Virus record (IMG/VR): IMGVR_UViG_3300045006_000529
From: an uncultured virus (IMG/VR IMGVR_UViG_3300045006_000529)
Lineage: Duplodnaviria; Heunggongvirae; Uroviricota; Caudoviricetes
Strand: one strand, 5' to 3'
DNA: 64,000 nt
Each line of letters begins with the position of its first letter. Positions within the stretch are counted from its first letter, which is position 1. Under the pieces are notes generated by a model. It did not search any database. It worked only from the letters and a program-made list of their open reading frames with translations, and was not told the origin of the DNA. Shown here piece after piece: positions 27,201-36,717 of this stretch. The translations under genes were made by a program, and so were the position numbers.

Positions 27201-29716
27201 CTGCGTTGCACGTACACAATCTAAGAGATGCCGAGAAGGCACTGGACGCGCACCTAAAGGACTACCTCCTGGAGAAGGGGATTGGGGTCACGCGGGGGGC
27301 ATTTCTCTGTCCCTTCCATGATGAGATCAACCCCTCTGCCAAGTTTCTCCCCGACTCCTCCGGTAGAGCGCACTGCTTTGGGTGTAACAAAAGTTTCGGG
27401 ATCCTAGCTGTATACGCCCACTTGGAGAAGGCAGCTCCCCCCTACAAGCCAGGGTGGATACAGGAGACGCTCCTCCCTCTGGCCACAAAGTATGGCGTTC
27501 CTCTGTCTTTGTCCGAGCCTACCTCAGTTGACCGACATGTCTCAGCAATGGCTGCCCTCAATGAGGAAATAGCTACCTACATTTCCCAAGCTCGGTGGAA
27601 TGCTAATGTATTAGCATTCATTAAACAGAGAGGGTGGACAGAAGATATCTGTCGAGAGCTTAAGATCGGGGCCATTGACTCCATCAGCTCGTTTACATCC
27701 TTTGTTACGTCAAGGGGATATAAGCAGGACATCCTGAAAGACTGTGAAGTGGACAGGCAGGACCTGTTCAATCCCGACAACTTGTTATATTCTATCCGGG
27801 ATCAGAGCGGGCGTTACGTGGGTTTTACCGCCCGCAGGACTACTTGGAGAGAAGGGTCCCCCGGAGAGAAGTGTACACAGAACAGCAACAATGTCCTCTT
27901 TGCCAAGAAGGCATACCTTGGGGGAGGACATCACCTAGCCCGGCTCCTTTCTAAAGGGGAGACGCGAAAAGCAGTAGTCTTGGAGGGGATGGGAGATTGG
28001 GTAAGTGCCTGGCAGGCAGGTGTGCGCAACTGCATTGCCATTGGAGGAAGCGTCATATCTTCCGAGCAGGCCGATGCGCTTAAGAAGCTTGGCCTTTCAG
28101 AGCTGGTACTCTGCCTTGACAATGACACAGCTGGACAGGCCGGGATGTCGCGTTTCATTGAGGACAACAAGGCTCTGGCTGCCTGTCTTAACCTCTCGGT
28201 CTGCCTGCTTCCTGAGGGTGTCAAAGACCCAGGAGCGTTCTTCTTAGACCACTCGGCTGAGGACTTTGAGAAGCTTCCCCGATACTCCTTTGTGCATTGG
28301 AGAATCCTGCGTGAGAAGCAACAGGGTCTTTCCTTGGACAAGATCGCCGACTCGGCACTCAGGCTCCTGGTAGCTATCCCTGACCCCATTATTGTGTACG
28401 GGCATATCAAAGAGATATCCCCCCTACTGGACCTCCCGATTTCGCTTCTCCAGGACAAGTTGGACCAAATAAAGCACGATATCGGGAATGAGAGACAGGA
28501 AACTGAGAAGAGATTGGTCTCCTCTTCTCTGGACAGGTTCAAGCGTTATTTAGAGGGAAAGGACGCAGTTCAGGCTAATCCTAGAGATATAGCCGATGAT
28601 CTGATAGCCAAGCTCGACGGCGTCTCAGGACCCCTTGTGGAAAAGAAGTTTGGACCTGGGGAGTTCCTCGCTGCCGTGGCTTCCCAGGAGAAGACCGAAG
28701 AGGAAAAAGGGGGTGCCTTTGATGGTCTGGTCCTACCCAGTAAAGGGGTGCTCCAGAACATCTTGTATGCGAATAGCAAATACGACGCCACTATCCTCCT
28801 AGGAGGGAAACAAAACGCGGGGAAAACCGGGTTTCTCGCCAGTCTCGCAATTGATATCCTAGAGGGAAACGATGGTGTACGTCTTGACCCCTATGGATCG
28901 CCTACATCCCCCGCAGTTGTAGTCTATCACGCCACAGATGACCCTAGGGCAAAGATCCTGAACCGCGTGATTACCAGCCTTGCCGCCAGGCAATTCCCAT
29001 TGGCTACGATGAACCGTATATCTAATCCAGGGCTGTATCGGGACAAGTTCCCCGAACTGGGACCAGCTCGTGCTGCAGCCTATGCCCAGGTAAGAAAGTG
29101 GGTAGGCGAGGGTCGCCTTCTAATTAAGGACGTTACCCACGGAAAGGATGTCCACTTTGTAGCCGCCCTGATGAGGAATCTACGTAAGCAGTTCCCCTTC
29201 CCCAAGTATGTTATAGTCTATATTATAGACAATCTGAGCAAGGCCTCCGACGCCTCCTCAGGCGATCAGGCAGACATAAAGGCCATGTGTGAGAGAGCGA
29301 AGGACCTTGCGCTAGTTAATCATGTAGTGCTTCTTAGCACGGTGCAGTACACCAAGCTGCGTAACGGCGTGCGCCCCACCGACTTCGACTTCTTCGGGTC
29401 CGTCCAGTTTGGGTATGATGCGGACCTTACGATGCACATGCTGAATCACCTTGCCGAGGACCCCGAGACACCCATCTGCTGGCAGTCCGAACCAGACAAG
29501 TTTACTCCTGCCAGGTCTGGGGGAGGACTAATCAGGTGGCCCGTCTCCGAGCTTATCATTAAGAAGAACAAGCTGACTGAGTTTACCAACGTCTCCCTCT
29601 GGTACCGTATGGTGCCACCGCAGGCGGGCTTCGTGGAAGTTACCGATAAGACCCAGGCTCAAGTCTTTTACCAGCAGGCGATGGAAGCAGCTCGTAAGAC
29701 CCAGAGAATGTCTTAA
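27197..29716 (+). CDS. DnaG-type primase fused to a DnaB-like helicase
   Basis: CPFH...CFGC zinc finger, EG..D and DND.AG TOPRIM motifs, GKQNAGKT Walker A, IIDN, GS....DAD and K.K. Confidence 0.88.
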   Translation: MTALHVHNLRDAEKALDAHLKDYLLEKGIGVTRGAFLCPFHDEINPSAKFLPDSSGRAHCFGCNKSFGILAVYAHLEKAAPPYKPGWIQETLLPLATKYGVPLSLSEPTSVDRHVSAMAALNEEIATYISQARWNANVLAFIKQRGWTEDICRELKIGAIDSISSFTSFVTSRGYKQDILKDCEVDRQDLFNPDNLLYSIRDQSGRYVGFTARRTTWREGSPGEKCTQNSNNVLFAKKAYLGGGHHLARLLSKGETRKAVVLEGMGDWVSAWQAGVRNCIAIGGSVISSEQADALKKLGLSELVLCLDNDTAGQAGMSRFIEDNKALAACLNLSVCLLPEGVKDPGAFFLDHSAEDFEKLPRYSFVHWRILREKQQGLSLDKIADSALRLLVAIPDPIIVYGHIKEISPLLDLPISLLQDKLDQIKHDIGNERQETEKRLVSSSLDRFKRYLEGKDAVQANPRDIADDLIAKLDGVSGPLVEKKFGPGEFLAAVASQEKTEEEKGGAFDGLVLPSKGVLQNILYANSKYDATILLGGKQNAGKTGFLASLAIDILEGNDGVRLDPYGSPTSPAVVVYHATDDPRAKILNRVITSLAARQFPLATMNRISNPGLYRDKFPELGPARAAAYAQVRKWVGEGRLLIKDVTHGKDVHFVAALMRNLRKQFPFPKYVIVYIIDNLSKASDASSGDQADIKAMCERAKDLALVNHVVLLSTVQYTKLRNGVRPTDFDFFGSVQFGYDADLTMHMLNHLAEDPETPICWQSEPDKFTPARSGGGLIRWPVSELIIKKNKLTEFTNVSLWYRMVPPQAGFVEVTDKTQAQVFYQQAMEAARKTQRMS

Positions 29717-29735
29717 CATTAGGTAGGGGCGCGAT

Positions 29736-30362
29736 ATGAACATCGAGGATATTGAGTTTGAGCTTGATTCCATACTCAAGAGAATCTCTTCCTCCCCCGA
29801 AGAGGAAGCGAGGCTTCGAGAGTCCCTGGTTACTGACACAGACGAATATATCCTGGATGGCTTTATTCCCCCTCCCTTTGACAATCAGATAGACGTCATT
29901 ATCCCCCGCATTGGAAATACCAGAGGGGAGGAATTTCTCATCCGCCGCCACCTACTGAAGGCCGCTCAGAGCCACGTTAGGGAAGTAGCCGAGGAGGCAC
30001 GCAACACATTATGGGAAAAGTACCGGCTTAGACTTCCCCTACTGCCTGACATTGAACAACTAGCCTCTGGAGGAAATATGGAGGACTGTAAGCCGATCAG
30101 CGTGAAAGAACTCAGCAAACTTGTTAACGTTCCCTGTTCTACCCTCTATAGATGGGCCCAGAATGGGAAGATTCCCCCCATCGCCCCAGTAGCTGGGGGA
30201 AGGGGCAAGATTCTATTTGATCCAAGATTGGACTGGCCCGCTCTTATTTCCCTAGCCCATGTTCGTAAGAAGAGACAAGCCCGAACGCAAAGCCCGGATT
30301 CTTGTCCGGATAAGCCAGGACCTGATTGTGGGCTAGATGATTTAAGACCAGATGATACCTAG
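29736..30362 (+). CDS. HTH (excisionase/MerR-like) DNA-binding protein
   Basis: ISVKELSKLVNVPCSTLYRWAQNGKIP. Confidence 0.7.
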   Translation: MNIEDIEFELDSILKRISSSPEEEARLRESLVTDTDEYILDGFIPPPFDNQIDVIIPRIGNTRGEEFLIRRHLLKAAQSHVREVAEEARNTLWEKYRLRLPLLPDIEQLASGGNMEDCKPISVKELSKLVNVPCSTLYRWAQNGKIPPIAPVAGGRGKILFDPRLDWPALISLAHVRKKRQARTQSPDSCPDKPGPDCGLDDLRPDDT

Positions 30363-30419
30363 GGATAAAGGCAGCCTGTATGCAACTAGTCCCCTCCGTC
30401 TTTTGCCCCAGGCCCCCCT

Positions 30420-30815
30420 ATGCATATAAGTCACTCAGATGAGAGAGCGCGTCTGGAGAAGATCCAAAGCCTCTCCACAAGGATAAACGCGCGCCTGCCC
30501 AAGGGCCCTTCTAGGCGCCAGAGGGACGCCCTTACCCGTCAGGCCCAAGACATTATAAGCCTCTGGGAGGAGGGTAGTAAATCAGGGAAGCCGCAAGTGT
30601 CCTGGCTCATCATAACTCTTGCCTCTGGTTCTACAATCGTCACCTACATGGGTCATATGTGTTCTGCCCTATGTTCCTATAGGATAAACACCAAGGCTGG
30701 AGTAATGAAGAAATGCTCCCTGTATCAGGTGGAGACAGGAACGGGCTCATCTTTTGTCTCCACTGAGAGGTGTCCGTCCTGTAAGGAAGCTACAGGCAGG
30801 GTGGAGCTTTTATAG
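30420..30815 (+). CDS. class-3 Cys-rich tail protein (ERCPSCKEATGRVELL*)
   Basis: ITLASG..IV, CS..C, C.LY and terminal motif. Confidence 0.75.
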   Translation: MHISHSDERARLEKIQSLSTRINARLPKGPSRRQRDALTRQAQDIISLWEEGSKSGKPQVSWLIITLASGSTIVTYMGHMCSALCSYRINTKAGVMKKCSLYQVETGTGSSFVSTERCPSCKEATGRVELL

Positions 30816-30943
30816 GGAGTGTTTTCAGAGGGGAGGTCAGGTGTCGCCTGTACGGAGTCAAGCTCAGACATGACCCTGTCCTCTCTGTTCCCAAAAGGTG
30901 TGTAGCGTGCCAGAGGGCTACAGCAGAGATAGAGACCTTGTGA
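30812..30943 (+). pseudogene. start-less C-terminal remnant of a class-3 gene (..VRCRLYGVKLRHDPVLSVPKRCVACQRATAEIETL*)
   Basis: Translated by hand; in-frame TAA at 30782 and no ATG/GTG/TTG ahead of the conserved motif. Confidence 0.7.
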
Positions 30944-30976
30944 GAAGCAGACGCAAGAGGATCCCGGGAGGCGCTT

Positions 30977-31252
30977 ATGCTGCCCAAGCCCAGTCTTAGG
31001 CGCGTATATATAGATGACGAGGATTGGTGTGCTGTAGTCCTTGCTTCAGGCTACCAGATCGTTGCTTACAAGGGCGGGGAGGGCGCTCATAGGTGGTGTT
31101 CTATATCCTGCCCTCAGCGTTACATAACAGAGGAAGGTAAGGGTACGTGCGCCCTGTGGGAAGCTAAGCTCAGATGTGCCCACAACTCTGCCACCTCTTT
31201 TGAAAGGTGTGCAGCCTGCCGGGAGGCCACGGCAGCTGTGGAAGCCTTGTAG
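30977..31252 (+). CDS. class-3 protein (ERCAACREATAAVEAL*)
   Basis: VLASGYQIV, CSISCP, CALW and terminal motif. Confidence 0.75.
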   Translation: MLPKPSLRRVYIDDEDWCAVVLASGYQIVAYKGGEGAHRWCSISCPQRYITEEGKGTCALWEAKLRCAHNSATSFERCAACREATAAVEAL

Positions 31253-31260
31253 AAAACACC

Positions 31261-31578
31261 ATGCCCTCTTCACGCAATCTACTGAGTATCCCGACCGAAG
31301 GTGAGAAAGAGGCCCTTCTCAGGAAGGTAGAGGACACCGCTGATGCATTAGCCGCAGAGAGAGAGAATTGGCTTGTCATAACCCTCGCTTCAGGCCATGT
31401 CATTGTTGTCTATAAGAAGGAGGGGCGCTCTGTCCTATGCCCCTACAGGGGCAGAATAGGACACAGAATGGCAGGATGCCTCTTGTATCAAGTCTCACTG
31501 GAGATGCCCTCCGACGCAAGAAGATTCTACAGATGTCCACCCTGTAGAGAGGCTACAGGTGGGGTAGAAGCTCTGTAG
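31261..31578 (+). CDS. class-3 protein (YRCPPCREATGGVEAL*)
   Basis: WLVITLASGH.IV, CP, CLLYQV; closest to 30420-30815. Confidence 0.75.
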   Translation: MPSSRNLLSIPTEGEKEALLRKVEDTADALAAERENWLVITLASGHVIVVYKKEGRSVLCPYRGRIGHRMAGCLLYQVSLEMPSDARRFYRCPPCREATGGVEAL

Positions 31579-31604
31579 ACAGAACGTTTCTGAGGTTTTT
31601 TCTC

Positions 31605-31958
31605 ATGTCTGACAGTCTGATGCAGCTGCAAGAAGCAGTAAAGAAGGCAAACGAGACCGACCCTGATCCTGGTTGGTGCAACACCATTATAACCCTCCGC
31701 CCCCGTGGGAAAAAGCCATCTTACGTTGTGGTCTACGGGGCACGGGTTGGAGGCGAGGCGTCAGTGTTTTGCTCAACCCTGTGTCCACATAGAGAAAGAG
31801 TTGAGCGCCAAGACCTTCGCCCAGCTTCACCCTTCGGAGAGGCTCAGCCCGGACAGTTAGGACCTTACCGGTGTAGGCTCTGGGGTGGCCCCATCCTCGT
31901 ATACCGCTTTCGCTACGGCAAATGCGTGCGAGCTACAAGGGCTGTGGAACTGCTATAG
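31605..31958 (+). CDS. class-3 protein (FRYGKCVRATRAVELL*)
   Basis: MSDSL..LQEAV, FCS.LCP and CRLWG. Confidence 0.75.
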   Translation: MSDSLMQLQEAVKKANETDPDPGWCNTIITLRPRGKKPSYVVVYGARVGGEASVFCSTLCPHRERVERQDLRPASPFGEAQPGQLGPYRCRLWGGPILVYRFRYGKCVRATRAVELL

Positions 31959-31992
31959 CGAAGGATAAGGAATTCGAGTGCAAGGGGTGTCC

Positions 31993-32301
31993 ATGTCTGA
32001 TAGTCTGGAACGGCTACAGGAAGCAGTAGAGAACAAGAATAAAACTGATGGTTTGTGTGATACTATTATATCTCTTCGCTCCTGTGGGAGAGGGCCATCT
32101 CATGTGGTAGTCTGCAAGGCACAATTCAGGAGCGGAGTAGCACCGTTCTGCTCGGCCCTATGTCCATATAGGGGGAGAGTTGAGCACAACCATTTCTTTT
32201 CGCCTCTTTACCACTGTAGACTTTGGGGTGATGACATTACAGAAGGCGTCTTTCGTCTTGAGAGATGTATACAGGCTACAGCATCTGTGGAGCTGTTGTA
32301 G
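31993..32301 (+). CDS. class-3 protein (FRLERCIQATASVELL*)
   Basis: Close paralog of 31605-31958. Confidence 0.75.
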   Translation: MSDSLERLQEAVENKNKTDGLCDTIISLRSCGRGPSHVVVCKAQFRSGVAPFCSALCPYRGRVEHNHFFSPLYHCRLWGDDITEGVFRLERCIQATASVELL

Positions 32302-32315
32302 TAAAGGATAAGGAA

Positions 32316-32916
32316 ATGGCTCATAAGTGCCCGAAATGCCAGGAAGACTACCTTGTGCTCTGCCAGAACGTTACAGAGGTTTGGGACTATACCGGAGACG
32401 ACCCCTATGACCCTGAGCTTGTCGAGCTTCTATCCTCATACCCAGTCAAAGAAGCCTCTGACACGAGGCAGCAACCCTACTGGTTCGAGTGTAGTAGGTG
32501 TCACTCCATCTTTGGTATGAAAGACCTCTCTCTGAGAGTAGGGGTCGCTAAAGGAAATACAAATGATATGTGAATACGTTCTAATCCTCCCCGGACATGG
32601 TACGTTCTCTCCAGACGGAAAGGTGGTAACACCAGGGGGCGAAACCTGTTCCTTGTGCAATGCGGCGATCCCTGATCCAGACCCGGAGGCCAAAGAGCTT
32701 CAGACCCGGTGCTACGTCCACGAAGCTCCGGAAGGGAAGCTAAAGAAGCGTGTCCCGGCGTGCCACGTGTGTGTGGACAAGATGGAGGTCCAGTATGCTC
32801 AAGACGTCAAGACGAAGAGACTTGTAGTCTATCTGGCAGACGGGCAGGTGGGAACATTTTTGGGAACACCCCTAGGCGAAGCCAAGATCGTTGGGAAGAC
32901 CGTCCGCGTACGGTGA
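32316..32916 (+). CDS. two zinc-ribbon hypothetical ORFs (~32316-32573, 32563-32916)
   Basis: Paired CxxC motifs; AAGGA RBS. Confidence 0.55.
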
Positions 32917-34135
32917 AGTAGGAAGCCAGCCGTTGATACCCCATATTGTCACTCGGGCAGCTCGCAAGATCAAGCGCTTCCGCCCATGGTTCAAAGCAGC
33001 AACGGAGATAGTTGCTCTGAGGGATGCCTCCCGCTTTGGGGGGCTCCTTGACAAAGCGGTAGCCGGAGCAGCTATGGTTGGCTCACTTGCTGGTGCCATC
33101 GCTCCGACTGAGAGCATCCAAGACACACTCTGTCACGAGGGGTTCAAGGAAGTAAACTCCAATATTGGAGGGTTTCTATGCGAGGTTCTCCTTGGCAGCA
33201 CCCTCCCAGTCACTGTTACCAGTGCAGATGCTCTATCGCAAACCTTCCTCTACGTTTGGAAAGACAGAGGCTTCTCCATCGCCGCTATCTTCGAGAGTAG
33301 TGGTGAGTATGTCTCGGGGCCCTTTGTTAAGGGGAGCGAAGAAGACCTCAGGACATCCATCCATCACGCGGTGTGGAACGGATTAGACCTAGTTGTGACA
33401 GCCTCTGCAAGGTCCCACTGGAGGGGAGCTAAGCAGCTCCATCTAGACCCATTGCCTGAGCCAGGCCCTTTTATAGGAAAACCGGGCCCTGAAGAGATTA
33501 GTAAAAGGCTTCTCTGCTGCGGTTTGCCTCCTGGCACCCTCTTGATAAGGGGAACAACAGGATCAGGAAAGTCCGTACTAGCGCGCCGCATAGCTCAGGC
33601 TACCCCTAACGGAAACGGCCGGACCCTTAAGATATCAGACAGCGTGCTCAAGTATTGTACTCTTGACAAAGTCTCTTCCCTGGTAAAGTATCTAAGTCCC
33701 TCTGTCATCTTGATCGATGACTTCGGGGTTCGGGAAGACCTTACCCTTGAGGACCTGCTGGCCCTGTTAGAGCTAGTCAGGCCCCCCGACTCTCTTCTTA
33801 TCCTCACCATGATGACAGGCTCAGAGCCCTCCAGGCGTCTAAGCCCGGGCAGCAGATATCTTACCGGGATGAGGCCCGGCCGAATTGATGAGATAGTCGA
33901 TATCTACCTTCCCGACCTCCCTCTGCGTCGCAAGATTCTTAAATACTACTTCGATAGCTCCAGCTTCAGGATTTCGGAGGGCACACTTGATAGCATAGCC
34001 AGGGCTACTAAGGGCCTTTCAGGAGCCTACTTGGCAGAGGTAGCAAGACGCATCTCAGCGCGTGGGGTGTCCCAGTGGCATGGTGAAGTAACACAGGTCT
34101 TAAGTATGGCACCTAAGCCTGGTGGTCGCACATGA
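32891..34135 (+). CDS. classical-clade AAA+ ATPase with N-terminal domain
   Basis: GTTGSGKS Walker A, ILIDD Walker B, MRPGRIDE arginine-finger region and GLSGAYLAE; start may be TTG ~32933. Confidence 0.82.
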   Translation: MGRPSAYGEVGSQPLIPHIVTRAARKIKRFRPWFKAATEIVALRDASRFGGLLDKAVAGAAMVGSLAGAIAPTESIQDTLCHEGFKEVNSNIGGFLCEVLLGSTLPVTVTSADALSQTFLYVWKDRGFSIAAIFESSGEYVSGPFVKGSEEDLRTSIHHAVWNGLDLVVTASARSHWRGAKQLHLDPLPEPGPFIGKPGPEEISKRLLCCGLPPGTLLIRGTTGSGKSVLARRIAQATPNGNGRTLKISDSVLKYCTLDKVSSLVKYLSPSVILIDDFGVREDLTLEDLLALLELVRPPDSLLILTMMTGSEPSRRLSPGSRYLTGMRPGRIDEIVDIYLPDLPLRRKILKYYFDSSSFRISEGTLDSIARATKGLSGAYLAEVARRISARGVSQWHGEVTQVLSMAPKPGGRT

Positions 34136-34473
34136 GGGGTGTGATCCTCAGTCAACAGCAGCATGACCTCCTGGTGGGGGAGATAGATGCTCAAGACGCT
34201 TGCGAGAAGAAAGAACATGGCCCGCCCGGCCGCGTTGTCCGGGCGGCCATGGATCTCCCCTCGGGACATACGATAATAGCATTACGCGAGGTCAACACTT
34301 CGTTTATATACTGTTCGGTCGAATGTCCCCAAAGACCTCTAAGGGAATGCTGCCTTCTCTTTGAGGACAGGGACATGATCGGGAACAAGTGGGTCCTGAG
34401 CAAGTTGGGTTATTCTCGGTGGCCCAGACTAAAGGAATGCATAGAAGCTACATGCGGTGCAGAGCTTCTGTAG
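34132..34473 (+). CDS. class-3 protein (PRLKECIEATCGAELL*)
   Basis: LPSGHTII, CSVECPQR and CLLF; ATGA-coupled to the AAA ATPase. Confidence 0.75.
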   Translation: MRGVILSQQQHDLLVGEIDAQDACEKKEHGPPGRVVRAAMDLPSGHTIIALREVNTSFIYCSVECPQRPLRECCLLFEDRDMIGNKWVLSKLGYSRWPRLKECIEATCGAELL

Positions 34474-34495
34474 TATCCAGGTGGGACGTTTCATA

Positions 34496-34789
34496 ATGGC
34501 ACCCTTTGGAAAAGTGCTAAGTGATGAAGAGTACGAGTGTCTTGTAAGAAGGTTAAAGGAAGAAGAGTACAAGCGCTTTACCTTCCGCCGTCTTGCCATT
34601 AGGCTTCCGTCCGGCCATACGGTTGTCGTCCGGGGGAGGGATATTAGCCAGCCGTTCTCACAGTGCTCCGTAGCATGCCCCCAGCGCTCCCCTCCTCTGG
34701 GGTGCGACCTTTTCAACAGAGAGGTTGGCTGCGACAGGGAAAGACTCCCAGAGTGCATGGAAGCAACCGGCGGAGTAGAGTCGCTCTGA
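34496..34789 (+). CDS. class-3 protein (ERLPECMEATGGVESL*)
   Basis: LPSGHTVV, CSVACPQR and CDLF. Confidence 0.75.
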   Translation: MAPFGKVLSDEEYECLVRRLKEEEYKRFTFRRLAIRLPSGHTVVVRGRDISQPFSQCSVACPQRSPPLGCDLFNREVGCDRERLPECMEATGGVESL

Positions 34790-35106
34790 TGGCACTGAAC
34801 GGGAAGGTTCCAGATAGAGTCTACGAGCCAATAGCTCAAGACGAGAAGTGTAGAAGTACCATCCGGCGTTCGGTAGTAGTTCTGCGGGACGGAAACTACG
34901 TGGTTGTTTTGCAAGAAGCCCCCATCTGTGGAAGCAAATGGCCTTACTGTTCTTGTCTATGTCCACATCTTAAAGACCAGCGCCCAAGGTCTGCCTGGTG
35001 TTTTGTATTCGCGGAAGCCTTGATGGATGATGACCTCCCTCTTGCCAACCGGTTCCTCCGGTGTTCCAAGTGTGTTGCCTCGACAGCAGGGGCAGAGGAG
35101 ATTTAA
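34789..35106 (+). CDS. class-3 protein (LRCSKCVASTAGAEEI*)
   Basis: VVLRDGNYVV, CSCLCP and CFVF; TGATG overlap. Confidence 0.72.
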   Translation: MALNGKVPDRVYEPIAQDEKCRSTIRRSVVVLRDGNYVVVLQEAPICGSKWPYCSCLCPHLKDQRPRSAWCFVFAEALMDDDLPLANRFLRCSKCVASTAGAEEI

Positions 35107-35114
35107 GGAGGTAC

Positions 35115-35420
35115 ATGGCCGGAGCGCTACCAGCTAGAGAGAAGATAGAGGCTCTATATCTGCTTGCCGAGAAGGACAGCGACTTTCGCCGTGTTGTGAT
35201 AATACTCCCTGGCGGATTTCCGATAGTTCTCGTGTGGGGGAAGGACAGCAGGACCTTCCGTTGCTCCTCTCGCTGTCCTCAGGTGCCCTCTAGGCTCCCT
35301 TTCTATGGACTCCCCCTTGAGGAATGTTGCTTGTTCGGGAGAAGACCTACAGACGCATTCACATTTATTGCACGCCATCCCGAATGCATTGCTGCATCAG
35401 GTGGGGCAGAGTTACTTTAG
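35115..35420 (+). CDS. class-3 protein (ARHPECIAASGGAELL*)
   Basis: ILPGGFPIV, CSSRCPQ and CLFG; AAGGAGG RBS. Confidence 0.75.
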   Translation: MAGALPAREKIEALYLLAEKDSDFRRVVIILPGGFPIVLVWGKDSRTFRCSSRCPQVPSRLPFYGLPLEECCLFGRRPTDAFTFIARHPECIAASGGAELL

Positions 35421-35429
35421 GAACAAACT

Positions 35430-35708
35430 ATGTCAGGTGCGTTATTAAGCAAAGAGAAACTTCACTCGCTGCGCTTGTGGATAGAAGAGGAAAATCACAT
35501 CCACAAGCGCGCCCTGATAGTACTCCCTAGTGGGTTTCCGATAGTTGTTGTATGGAGGGCAGGAGGGGACTTTGTCTGCTCTTACCTTTGCCCCCAGTAT
35601 ACCGGAGCCCTGAACTCGTGCCGCCTCTTTGGAACCCCAGAGCATCCCTATGAAGTCTCCCGATTTGACAGGTGCATTGAATCGTCAGGCGGGGTGGAGT
35701 ACTTATAA
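35430..35708 (+). CDS. class-3 protein (SRFDRCIESSGGVEYL*)
   Basis: VLPSGFPIV, CSYLCPQ and CRLFG. Confidence 0.75.
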   Translation: MSGALLSKEKLHSLRLWIEEENHIHKRALIVLPSGFPIVVVWRAGGDFVCSYLCPQYTGALNSCRLFGTPEHPYEVSRFDRCIESSGGVEYL

Positions 35709-36020
35709 ATGCAGCCTTCCAGCCGTTTACAAGACCAGGTGAAACGTATGAAAGAAGATATTGTCTTTGTTCTAGGGGCTGGCGCACAGGAACTGACGTA
35801 TTTGTTGCATTACATAGTCAAACTCCGCACCGGAGAGGACATAGTTATCCATCATAATAACACATGCTCCCTATTATGCCCCTTTCTCACCCCTGGCCCA
35901 GAGCCCTATGTCTCGAACGGTTCGAGATGCTGCACCCTAGGGGGCTCGCCTACAGACATACGGTTCCTTCTACGTTCTTCCCTATGCCAGGAAGCCACAT
36001 GTGGTGCGGAGCTTTTGTAG
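35709..36020 (+). CDS. class-3 protein (LRSSLCQEATCGAELL*)
   Basis: VKLRTGEDIV, CSLLCP and CTLG. Confidence 0.72.
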   Translation: MQPSSRLQDQVKRMKEDIVFVLGAGAQELTYLLHYIVKLRTGEDIVIHHNNTCSLLCPFLTPGPEPYVSNGSRCCTLGGSPTDIRFLLRSSLCQEATCGAELL

Positions 36021-36047
36021 AGATACACAGGCTAGCGAGGATCAGAA

Positions 36048-36260
36048 ATGCCGATCTATGAGTTTCACTGTCCCAAGTGTAATGTGACACAGGAGAGGCT
36101 GTTCTCCTCCTTTCTCTCTATGAGTGAGAAGGATGATCTAGGGGAAATTCTGTGCGAAGTGTGCCAGTCTAAACTAGAGAGAGTTCCATCTGCCTGTGCT
36201 AGGACATCAATCAAGTGGAGGGCCTTCAAAGATGTCGTCAGGAACCGGAAAAAAGGCTAG
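36048..36260 (+). CDS. FmdB-family zinc-ribbon protein
   Basis: MPIYEFHCPKC...CEVC...LERV.S. Confidence 0.75.
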   Translation: MPIYEFHCPKCNVTQERLFSSFLSMSEKDDLGEILCEVCQSKLERVPSACARTSIKWRAFKDVVRNRKKG

Positions 36261-36698
36261 GAAGCAGACACCAGAAAAACCTAAGAGGTTTCGGGTAGTC
36301 TGGGAGATAGACATCTGGGCTACTTCTCCGAGGAAAGCTGCCCAGGAAGCCCTGGATACTATGAGGGATCCAGGATCCGAGGCCGTCTATTTTGAGGTCT
36401 GGAGGGACGACAGTCATTGGTCTGTTGACCTCCTGTATGACGAGGTAAAACTCCTCGATAAAGGGACCAAATAGTGCCTGCCAAGAGACCACGATTGCAC
36501 AAGAAGCAGTATCTGGCAAGCCGGGGGAATATCTGCCCCTACTGCTTGGAGTCGAACATCGAGGCGCTAGAGAGCCCTTGTGTCGTTGAAGGCATTGCTA
36601 CTGAAGAGATGCACTGTATCGACTGTAACCGTTATTGGACGGGCATATATAAGCTGGTGGGCGTTGAAGAATCGGCGATTCCTGAGGAAGAACCCTAG
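36196..36698 (+). CDS. two small hypothetical ORFs (to 36474; 36474-36698 zinc ribbon)
   Basis: FRVVWEIDIWA.SP..AA..A motif; CPYC...CIDC. Confidence 0.55.
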
Positions 36699-36717
36699 GC
36701 TGGGATGAGGAAGAAGC

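Noticed and set aside
15212..36020. Integron-like cassette arrays with attC sites
   Set aside because: Genes overlap or are separated by short dissimilar spacers, with no recurring palindrome and no integrase in the window.
30420..36020. Diversity-generating retroelement behind the paralog diversity
   Set aside because: No reverse transcriptase and no near-identical TR/VR pair differing only at adenines; differences include indels throughout.
30780..36020. Conserved tails explained only as Shine-Dalgarno sequences for the next gene
   Set aside because: GGAG in V-E or L-E codons may contribute. However, conserved R/C/F/G positions lie 12-19 codons upstream, use varied synonymous codons, and many class-1 tails are pyrimidine-rich.
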